From: Planctomycetota bacterium | GTDB taxonomy: Bacteria; Planctomycetota; UBA1135; JADKAF01 | Direction: 5' to 3' | NCBI GenBank assembly: GCA_016793245.1 | Contig: JAEUHW010000057.1 | Coordinates: forward strand, 112,709-176,708 | DNA: 64,000 nucleotides | Shown: positions 8,175-15,715 of the stretch, piece after piece | Numbering within the stretch: position 1 is the stretch's first letter | How the letters are laid out: every line of letters begins with the position of its first letter | Notes under the pieces: generated by a model | What the model saw: only the letters and a program-made list of their open reading frames with translations | Database searches by the model: none | Told to the model about the DNA's origin: nothing | Position numbers and translations under genes: made by a program

Positions 8175-9331
8175 TCGACGACCTCTTGCACCGCGCCGAG
8201 GAGCCCGATCACGAAGGTTCTCTTGCGACCGCGTCCTTCGCCTTCGTCCTCGAAGAGTGCTACGCGAACCGGACGCCGATGGAGCAGGGGATCCAGAGAT
8301 CCGTCGGAGGCGAAGTGGATCGAGATCTCGGTGGCGGAGGTCGCATCGCCGCGCAGCTCCGAGAAAGCGAGGCCCTCGGGTAACTCGACGGGCCCGATGC
8401 TCGCGATGCGCCGGAGCGTGAGATCATCGAGGTCCCAGGCTTGGCTCATCCCCTCGCCGATCAAGAGATCGCTGCCGTCGTTCACGGCGAGGCGCGCGGG
8501 CGCGGAGAGGATCTCGCGCGCCACCACGCGACCGTCGACGAGCAGGCGCGCGACGCGCCCGTCGAAGTCGAGCTCGAGCCGGGTCCAGCGCCCGGGAACG
8601 ACGACGCCGGGGCCGCTCTTCAAGCTGAGATCGCCCGCGGCTCGTGAGGCGCTGCGCCCCTGCTCGTCCTCTTCGGAGCGCGAGGCGAGGAACACGCGGC
8701 CGGTCAGGCCGCCGCGCCGCGTGAGCGCGAGCTCGAAGGTCCGCGGTCGCAGAGCGAGGCGACCGCTGGCCCCTTCGGCGAGCCGGGCGCTCAACGCCAC
8801 ACCGAAGCCGTCGTCGGTCTGGAACGCGCGGCGCCCCGCGAGCGGCATCACGAGGCGTCCGCCGCTCTCGAGCGCCGCATAGCCTCCGGGGGCTCCGCCG
8901 CTCGGCTCCGCGCGCACTCCGCTCGCCTGCACCTCGATCCCCGCTCCCGAGTCGAAGCCCCAGAACGGCCCCGCGTTCGTCGGCGGCGAGCCCTGCGGAT
9001 CCGCGGTCCAGCCCTTCTCGAGCGGGCTCTCGAAATGCCACTGCCCGATGTCGAGGAAGTGGTAGCCCATCGCGCGACCGCGCACGGCGTCGAGCTCGAG
9101 GCGGGCAGGGAGCTGCGTGGTCACCGCCTGCTCCCGCGCCGCGCGCAGCAGCGTGCGCATCATCCCCATCGCACCGCGCGCGCCGACCGAGAGGCTCGAG
9201 AAGAGCCCCGTGCCCATGCCGAAGAGCATCGCCAGGACGGCCATCACGACCATCAGCTCGAGGAGCGTGAAGCCGCCCGCTCCGCGCACTGGCAGGGTCC
9301 TTCGCTCGGCAGCTCGCGCGCTCGTCAGCAT
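8171..9331 (-). CDS. GspH-like pseudopilin fused to a LamG/ConA-like domain (386 aa)
   Basis: Starts at internal ATG 9331 of ORF 8171..9442: MLTSARAAERRTLPVRGAGG|FTLLELMVVMAVLAML. The C-terminal half has a LamG-type pattern (PGRWTRLELDFDGRVARLLVDGRVV...LLIGEG...WDLDDLTL). ATGA overlap with the next gene at 8171-8174. Confidence 0.8.
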   Translation of the reverse strand: MLTSARAAERRTLPVRGAGGFTLLELMVVMAVLAMLFGMGTGLFSSLSVGARGAMGMMRTLLRAAREQAVTTQLPARLELDAVRGRAMGYHFLDIGQWHFESPLEKGWTADPQGSPPTNAGPFWGFDSGAGIEVQASGVRAEPSGGAPGGYAALESGGRLVMPLAGRRAFQTDDGFGVALSARLAEGASGRLALRPRTFELALTRRGGLTGRVFLASRSEEDEQGRSASRAAGDLSLKSGPGVVVPGRWTRLELDFDGRVARLLVDGRVVAREILSAPARLAVNDGSDLLIGEGMSQAWDLDDLTLRRIASIGPVELPEGLAFSELRGDATSATEISIHFASDGSLDPLLHRRPVRVALFEDEGEGRGRKRTFVIGLLGAVQEVVE

Positions 9332-9341
9332 CGAAGGTCTC

Positions 9342-10001
9342 TCACTCCTTGCCGAAGATCTGGAGGTCGTCGTCGTCGCCGAAGATCTCGTTCGCGCCCG
9401 CGCTGAGGAGCTGCCAGGAGCCGCGCGAGCGCCGGTCATCATCGACCTTGGTCACCGCGCGGACATAGTGCTCTTCGAAGCCGTCGCCTTCGGCCGAGCG
9501 CAGCTTGGTCTTCTGCCCCGCGTCATCGGTCAGCGTGCAGAGATAGACCAGCGGATTGCCCCACGCGTCGCAGTACTCGCGATAGCCGTCGCCGTCGGTG
9601 TCCTGCAGGAACTTCTCGTCGATGCCGGGGCTCTTCCCGAGCGACTCGAAGAGCAGGTAGAGGATCTCGCTGCCCGCATTCACTTCGCTGCCGCCGTCGA
9701 GCTGCTTGCCGTCCAGGCCGCGGAGACGCGTCGCGTGGGCGTTCGCGAACGAGCGGAACTTCCTCCAGTCGCCGGAGGGGAAGGAGCCCAGGTCGCGCTC
9801 TAGGTTGCCGAGCGAGACGCTGAGCTCGTTCAGCGTCGCCTGGGTCTGCGTCTCCTCCGCGGCGGTGAAGGCCTTCAACACGCCGGTCGTGAGCAGCGCC
9901 GTCGTCAGGATCGCGATGATCAACATCACCGCGAGCAGCTCGATCAGCGTGAACCCGGCCGCGGCGGAGCCGCGCGTCGAGCGATGGGTCGGCATGTGCA
10001 T
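9342..10001 (-). CDS. gspG: major pseudopilin, GspG-like (219 aa)
   Basis: ATG 10001 is preceded by GAGGTG. The N-terminus is MHMPTHRSTRGSAAAG|FTLIELLAVMLIIAILT. The C-terminal DAWGNPLVY...LLSAGANEIFGDDDD follows the GspG core pattern as I recall it. Confidence 0.85.
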   Translation of the reverse strand: MHMPTHRSTRGSAAAGFTLIELLAVMLIIAILTTALLTTGVLKAFTAAEETQTQATLNELSVSLGNLERDLGSFPSGDWRKFRSFANAHATRLRGLDGKQLDGGSEVNAGSEILYLLFESLGKSPGIDEKFLQDTDGDGYREYCDAWGNPLVYLCTLTDDAGQKTKLRSAEGDGFEEHYVRAVTKVDDDRRSRGSWQLLSAGANEIFGDDDDLQIFGKE

Positions 10002-10063
10002 GGGCTTCACCTCGACTGGCTCTTCGTTGTGTCGGCGCCTCGGAGCGGGGCGAGCGACGGATC

Positions 10064-12889
10064 CTAGTTGTCTCGGTACTGCACGCGGATGTTGTCGATG
10101 CGCAGATCCGCCGGCCGATCGGTGTCGCCCTCGGCGAAGAAGACGAGCTTCAAGCCGCCGCTGCCCGTTTGATCCTGCAGCGGACGCATGTCGATCCACT
10201 CCTCACCGGGGTGCACGCAGGCGCCCCCGATCGTGAGCCGCACTTCGGCGGTCGGACCGCTGCGTCCGCGGTAATGGCGCGCCTCCAAACGCACGCGCAC
10301 CGCTCGATCCGCGGGCCAGTCGAACGGCTTCTCGAGGAACGCCGGATCGGCGAGCCACTCCTGCCCCTGACCGCCGGCGGTCTTGATGTACTGCGTCATG
10401 CGCTGGTCGGTCGCTTCGTCGACGACGTTCGAGACGCCGAAGAGGAAGCTCGCATTCGCGAGGTCGGGGCCCTTTCCCGCGTCGAGCGGCATGCGCCCCA
10501 CGACGAGGCCGACGCGCGCTTTGTTGCTCGCCGGCACCCAGAGGTCGGCCTCGACGGAGAGGAAGTCCACGGGCCGCTCGATCAAGGTCTGCGTCCAGAA
10601 CGACGTGCGTCCGCGCTGCTTGAAGCGCCCGGAGAAGCGCAGGCCCGAGCCCATGAGCTGTGCGCCGTACTCGTTCGGCGCCGTGGCCGCTTCCCCCGCG
10701 GCCCAGCGGGCGAGGCGCGCCGGCACCCCTTCGGCCTCCACCGCGGGCTCCCACTCGTAGAGCGCGAGCGGTTGCTCGCGATCGAGCAGGTCCTCGAACT
10801 CGCGGGCGTTCCGCGCGCGATCGAGCTGCGTCACGAGATCGCGCACATAGCGCAGCAGCGGGCTCCTCAAGTCCTCGGTCTCGAGGCGCCTCGCGATTTC
10901 CTCCAGCGTATCGATCACCGCGCCGACATCGCCGCGATCGCGCAGCCGCTCGTAGCGCACCAGCGCCTGGCCGATGCGCGCCGCATGATGCAGCGGATCG
11001 AGGCGCAGCACGGTCTGGAAGCGCTGCTCGGCGCTCTCGAGGCGCTCGCGTCCGAGCTCGGAGAGCCCGGAGAGATAGCTGCCCTGCACGAAGCGCTCCT
11101 CGCCGCTCGCGACCCGGTCGAGCAGGGAACCCGCCCGCGCCGCGTCCTTCGAGAGCCACGCCTCGGCTCCGGCGAGGAACAGCGCGTCCTGCATCTCGGG
11201 CGCGCGTCGGAGCAGCGCCGCGAGCGCCGCCGCCGCCTGCGAAAGCTCTCCGCGCCGCAGCAGGATCGCTCCGCGCAGATAGAGCAGCCACGTGTCCTCG
11301 GGGTCGATCGCGAGTCCGGCCTCCGCTTCGACGTCGGCGAGCTGATCGTCGCCCGCGAGCAAGTACATCCACGCCAAGCCGCGATGGGCGCCGACGGTGT
11401 CCGCGGTGCCGCGCTCGGCGATCTCCTGCAGGCGATCGCGCAGCGCGAGCAACAGCGGGCGCACGGTCGTGAGCGCGCCTTCGCGCGCCTTCGCCAGCGC
11501 ATCGCGTCGCTCCGGAGCGGTGCCGCGATTGCCGATCTCGTCGGCGGCGCGCTCCGCCGCGAGCGTGTAGCAGCGCGCTGCCGCGAGCTCAGCGGCGACG
11601 GCGAGATCGAGCGCTCCCATTCCGAGGGAACGCGCATCCCCGCCGAGCTGCGCGAAGAACTCCGCGTGCGCGATCAGGGCCTCGACCGCATCGGCGCGCG
11701 GCTTCACCTGCGAGCTCCGCTCGAGGAAGGCCGCCAGCGCGCGTGCGTGCAACCACGCAGCGTCCTTGTCACCCGACGCCGCAGCGAGCGCGGTGGCCCC
11801 CGCAGCCGCGAGCTTCGCAAGCTCGGCGAGCTCACCGGCTCCGTAGGCCGCGCGCACGATCATCGCCCACGTGGCCGCTTCGATCGGCTGCGCGGGACGC
11901 GTCGCGAAGGCGACGGCGGCGCGCCCGCTCGCGCAGAGCCCTTCGGCCGCTTCGCGCCAGAGCGCCTGCGCTTCGGCCGCCACGAGCGGAACGGAGCCGA
12001 GGGCCTCGACCGCGCGCTGCAGATAGCTCGCGCCGTCGTCGCGGAGGCCCGTGCGCTGCAAGAAGCGGCCGTACGCGAGGAGGGAGCGCGGATCGCGGCC
12101 GTGCGGCCCCTCGCCTTGCGCGCCGATCAGCTTCTCGCGGAAGAAGAGGAACGCTTCATCCCAGCGCAGCGACTCGTCGAGCCAGCGCGCTCGACCGACG
12201 AGTCCCTGGAGGTCGTTCGGTGCGACCTCGAGCCAGCGCTCATAAGCGCCATCGATCCACTCGGGTCGGCCTTCGGCCCAACGCTGCTCCCAGACCTCGG
12301 CGATCGCGCGCGCGAGATCGGTCACGGCCATCCCCGCGAGGCGCGGTCCCTGCCAAGGCGCGTCCTGTGCCGACGACGCCGCGGGACGACTCTCGGAGCT
12401 TCCTTCGCTGGGCGCGCCTTCTTCGGCGGAGGCGCCTTCGGCTCCCGCGGAGGTCGCAGCGGTCTCTTCTGCCGGCGCGACGATCTCGGCCGGGAACGCC
12501 GCAGGCGTACCGCGCAGCAAGCTGCCCAGCAGCTTCCATGATCCATGCGGCGCCGGCGGCGGCGGCAAGAGCTCGAGCTCGTCGGCGAAGACCTGCGGCG
12601 GGACGAGATCGGGGAGCGCCAGGCGCACGCCGATGCGCGGCCGCGCGAAGGGATCTCGCTCGCGCAGGTCCACGAAGCGCCGCATGTCGTCGGGGTTCCT
12701 CACGCGATCGAGGCGATCGACGCGATGGACCGGCGCCACCTCCAAGTCGAGGAAGAGGTTCCGCGCGGCGATCTTCCCGCGCTCGCGCTGCACGACGCGC
12801 GCGGCTTCCGCGGGACGCTCACCTCCGAGGAAGTAGAGCCCGGCGACGAGCGCGGCGACCACACCGCAAGTGACCATCTCCTTGTTCAC
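10064..12889 (-). CDS. membrane-anchored TPR-repeat protein with C-terminal jelly-roll (ConA/LamG-like) domain
   Basis: Full track ORF with a GTG start. It has an N-terminal TM helix (VTCGVVAALVAGLYFLG), a long Ala/Leu-rich helical-repeat region, and a C-terminal beta-rich module ending LKLVFFAEGDTDRPADLRIDNIRVQYRDN. It sits inside the pseudopilin operon. Confidence 0.75.
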   Translation of the reverse strand: MNKEMVTCGVVAALVAGLYFLGGERPAEAARVVQRERGKIAARNLFLDLEVAPVHRVDRLDRVRNPDDMRRFVDLRERDPFARPRIGVRLALPDLVPPQVFADELELLPPPPAPHGSWKLLGSLLRGTPAAFPAEIVAPAEETAATSAGAEGASAEEGAPSEGSSESRPAASSAQDAPWQGPRLAGMAVTDLARAIAEVWEQRWAEGRPEWIDGAYERWLEVAPNDLQGLVGRARWLDESLRWDEAFLFFREKLIGAQGEGPHGRDPRSLLAYGRFLQRTGLRDDGASYLQRAVEALGSVPLVAAEAQALWREAAEGLCASGRAAVAFATRPAQPIEAATWAMIVRAAYGAGELAELAKLAAAGATALAAASGDKDAAWLHARALAAFLERSSQVKPRADAVEALIAHAEFFAQLGGDARSLGMGALDLAVAAELAAARCYTLAAERAADEIGNRGTAPERRDALAKAREGALTTVRPLLLALRDRLQEIAERGTADTVGAHRGLAWMYLLAGDDQLADVEAEAGLAIDPEDTWLLYLRGAILLRRGELSQAAAALAALLRRAPEMQDALFLAGAEAWLSKDAARAGSLLDRVASGEERFVQGSYLSGLSELGRERLESAEQRFQTVLRLDPLHHAARIGQALVRYERLRDRGDVGAVIDTLEEIARRLETEDLRSPLLRYVRDLVTQLDRARNAREFEDLLDREQPLALYEWEPAVEAEGVPARLARWAAGEAATAPNEYGAQLMGSGLRFSGRFKQRGRTSFWTQTLIERPVDFLSVEADLWVPASNKARVGLVVGRMPLDAGKGPDLANASFLFGVSNVVDEATDQRMTQYIKTAGGQGQEWLADPAFLEKPFDWPADRAVRVRLEARHYRGRSGPTAEVRLTIGGACVHPGEEWIDMRPLQDQTGSGGLKLVFFAEGDTDRPADLRIDNIRVQYRDN

Positions 12890-12923
12890 GGATCAGACCT
12901 TCAGTGCTGTTGCGGTGGGATGA

Positions 12924-13904
12924 TCAACGCTCGTCATCGGACGGCGCACTCGGAAGCTCGGAGAGCAGACGCGCGACCACGGTGAGCTGGAGCTCGACGT
13001 CGCCGTCCTTGTTCTCGCTGCTGGCCTCGAAGGCGAGGCTCGTCGGCGCTTCGGGCTGCAGCGGCCAGGGACGCCCTTCGCGGCGGAAGTACGCGTTCGC
13101 TCCGCTCTGCCCCTCGATCGGCACGCGATCCTCGCCATCGGCGTTCCGCGCGAGTGCTTCGCCGCCGCTGCCGAGCGCGTCGCTCAGGAAGAGCCGCACG
13201 TGGCGCGAAGAACCGCGCACGGCCAGCTCGACCGAGATCTCCGCCCCGAGGAGTTGCTTCTCATCGGGCGAGGAACGCCGCGTGGCACCGCTGCCCTTGT
13301 CTAGAGCCTTCACCTCGATGGTCAGCTTGTGGTGCGCCGCGAGGTGCAACACGCGATCGGCGAGATCGAGGGCGACGAGGAAGCGCTCGGGACGCGAGAG
13401 CTGCCCCTCGGTCGCCCCGTCCTTCGGATACTTCTCGAAGTGCTCGACGAAGCGCTTGCCGGTCCAGCGCGTCGCGAGCGCCGCGCGCCAGAACGCGTCG
13501 AGCGCGGCGGCGGCTTCCGAGCAGAGGAACGACGGCTGCGGCGTGCCCTTCGGCACCACGAAGGAGACGTCGCTCCGGAAGGGCCAGGTCGTGCGGCTCA
13601 CGAAGTGCGCGGCTTCGGCGTAGGCGCGGAACGCCTGCTCCTCGCGCTCGGCTTCGCGCGCGAGCGCGCGCCCCGCGTCCTCGGCATAGAGCCCGACCGG
13701 CGCGCGACGCGCGCCCGCGGGGCGCGGCTTCGGCGGCGGGCTCGTCACCGAAGTGCTCGAGCGTTGGATCGAAGCGCGGAGCTTCGCGGCCTGCTCCTCG
13801 GCGCCGCCGATCAACGTGCACTTCGCGAGCAGGAAGACGATCGCACTCGCGAGCACGCCGAGGATGAAGGTCTTGTGCGACTGCCAGATCTCGTTCAGGT
13901 CCAT
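12924..13904 (-). CDS. single-pass membrane protein in the GspM/PilO position
   Basis: Full track ORF. Short cytoplasmic N-terminus, a TM helix (TFILGVLASAIVFLLA), then a periplasmic domain. It lies 20 bp downstream of the PilM-PilN fusion. The assignment is mainly positional. Confidence 0.65.
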   Translation of the reverse strand: MDLNEIWQSHKTFILGVLASAIVFLLAKCTLIGGAEEQAAKLRASIQRSSTSVTSPPPKPRPAGARRAPVGLYAEDAGRALAREAEREEQAFRAYAEAAHFVSRTTWPFRSDVSFVVPKGTPQPSFLCSEAAAALDAFWRAALATRWTGKRFVEHFEKYPKDGATEGQLSRPERFLVALDLADRVLHLAAHHKLTIEVKALDKGSGATRRSSPDEKQLLGAEISVELAVRGSSRHVRLFLSDALGSGGEALARNADGEDRVPIEGQSGANAYFRREGRPWPLQPEAPTSLAFEASSENKDGDVELQLTVVARLLSELPSAPSDDER

Positions 13905-13923
13905 GAGGTTCGCGTGCGCGGGA

Positions 13924-15627
13924 TCACCGCGACTTCTCGCCCTCCGTCTCCGCCTCGGCGACTTCCGCGTCGGGCTCCACTTCGCGCGTCGGCGCGAAGG
14001 GATCGATCTCGAGCACCAGCGACGCGCGCTTCATCGCCTGCGGCACCTTCGCGCCTTCGAGCACGCGGCATTGCTGCGGCGAGAAGCGACCCGGCGCGAG
14101 GAGACCGTTCTCGTAGAAGGAGCGGCGATCGCGCGCCCAGTCGCCGCCTCGTTGCATGTAGTGGATGGCGATGTGCACGACCGGCCGTCCGTCGACGCCC
14201 GAGCCTCCGGCGCTCGAGACGCGCGCGAGCTGCGCACGCTCGATGGTGAAGTCCTCGGGCAGGACGCTCTGCACGGTCTCCAGCGCGCCGAGCAGCGCGG
14301 GAGCCGCTTGCAGCCACGGCTCGAGGTGCGCCGAGCGCCCCCAGAGCTCGGTGAAGGACTCCGCCGCGCGCGTCGCCTGCTGGTCGGCGGCGAGCAGCGC
14401 GCTCACGCGCGCGTTGTGCGTCTTCTGGTAGCGCTCGAGGATGCCCCGCGTCTCCGCTGCGCGATCGTAGGCCAGGATCAGGTACGCGATCGCGATCACT
14501 CCCGCGGCGACGAGGAAGCTCGTGCGCTGCAGCAGGTTTCGCCGCCGCGCGAGCGACGGCGGCACGATCTCGAGCTGATAGAGCTTGGCGTCGGCTTCCG
14601 CCAGCGCGTGCCCCAGCGCGACGACCGCTTCGAGGCGCTGCGCCTCGATAGCCTCGAAGACCTCGTCCGGGAGCTCGGAGAGATCGATGTCATCGAAGGG
14701 ATCGAAGAGCTCGACCGGGATGCCGGTCGTCGCGGCGAGATAGGCGCAGAGGCCGCCGGTCCGGGCGCCGCCGCCGCAGAGCAGGATGCGATCGACCTTC
14801 AGCTCGGAGATCTTCGCCTGCGTGCGCGCGAACATCTGCGCGCTCTGCAGCAGCGAGTTCAACTGGCCCGCGGGAGCGAGCAAGGCCTGCGTGACCTTCT
14901 CGGCCTTCGGGCTTGCGTAGCTGCCTTTCTTCGCCGGGTCGAGGTCGGCTTGGTCGCGGAGCATCGCGATCGCCTCCTCGCGCGAGACGCGCATCTTCTC
15001 GCGCAAGGTCTCGACGAAGAAGCGCGCGCCGCCCGAGAGGTTGCGGGCGAAGTAGAGGTCGGTGCCATTCGCGATGGCGACGTCGGTGTTCTCCTCGCCG
15101 ATCGAAGCGAGGAGCACCGTGCTGCCGCCTTCGGGGTTCGTGCGGACCCAGGCATCGAAGAGCGCGACCGCGTTCGGGGAGAAGCCCTTCGCGCGCAGCT
15201 TGGTCGAGGACTTGAGCTCGCTCGCGAGCTCCTCGAGGAGCGAGGCCTTGGTGAGCGCGATGCCGACGGTGACCTCGTCGGAGAGGCTCGGCGGGTGCAG
15301 GAGATTGAACCCACCCACGATGTCGCCGCCGGATTGCTCGTTCAGCTCCGAGATCTCGAAGCTCACGAACTTCTCGAGCTGCGCGTTCCCCGTATCGGGG
15401 ATCTGCAGGTAGCGGAACATCGCGTCGCGCCCCGTGACGCCGATGCGCGCCGCCCCCGGCTTCACGCGCGCGCCATCCAGCGCCGCGACCAGCGCCTCGG
15501 TGGCGGGCTCACCGCTCCGCGGCGCGCTCACGAAAGCGCTGAGCGTGAACACGCCTTTCTTGTCGTAGCCCTGGAGGATGCGCACCGCCGTGGTGCCGAC
15601 GTCGATCCCAGTCGCGAGCTTCGCCAC
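13924..15627 (-). CDS. PilM-PilN fusion protein (GspL-like architecture)
   Basis: Actin-fold ATPase motifs GIDVGTTAVRIL and ILLCGGGARTGGL are followed by a TM helix (TSFLVAAGVIAIAYLILAY) and a periplasmic PilN-like part. I set the start at GTG 15627, which is preceded by GAGGTGATC. GTG 15633 or ATG 15765 are also possible. Confidence 0.85.
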   Translation of the reverse strand: MAKLATGIDVGTTAVRILQGYDKKGVFTLSAFVSAPRSGEPATEALVAALDGARVKPGAARIGVTGRDAMFRYLQIPDTGNAQLEKFVSFEISELNEQSGGDIVGGFNLLHPPSLSDEVTVGIALTKASLLEELASELKSSTKLRAKGFSPNAVALFDAWVRTNPEGGSTVLLASIGEENTDVAIANGTDLYFARNLSGGARFFVETLREKMRVSREEAIAMLRDQADLDPAKKGSYASPKAEKVTQALLAPAGQLNSLLQSAQMFARTQAKISELKVDRILLCGGGARTGGLCAYLAATTGIPVELFDPFDDIDLSELPDEVFEAIEAQRLEAVVALGHALAEADAKLYQLEIVPPSLARRRNLLQRTSFLVAAGVIAIAYLILAYDRAAETRGILERYQKTHNARVSALLAADQQATRAAESFTELWGRSAHLEPWLQAAPALLGALETVQSVLPEDFTIERAQLARVSSAGGSGVDGRPVVHIAIHYMQRGGDWARDRRSFYENGLLAPGRFSPQQCRVLEGAKVPQAMKRASLVLEIDPFAPTREVEPDAEVAEAETEGEKSR

Positions 15628-15715
15628 GATCACCTCGAACAGGATGGCGCGAGGAACAGAACCAGCCGCCGCCCCAGCGCGGGCGCGGACGCGTGAACCA
15701 GAGCTGCGGAGGCGC

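Noticed and set aside
3048-8882. 1944-aa plus-strand ORF, the longest in the track
   Set aside because: It is antisense to three well-supported minus-strand pseudopilin genes and runs straight across their boundaries. Its sequence is Arg/Ala/Gly/Glu-rich with no motifs. This is the typical stop-free shadow frame of very GC-rich DNA.
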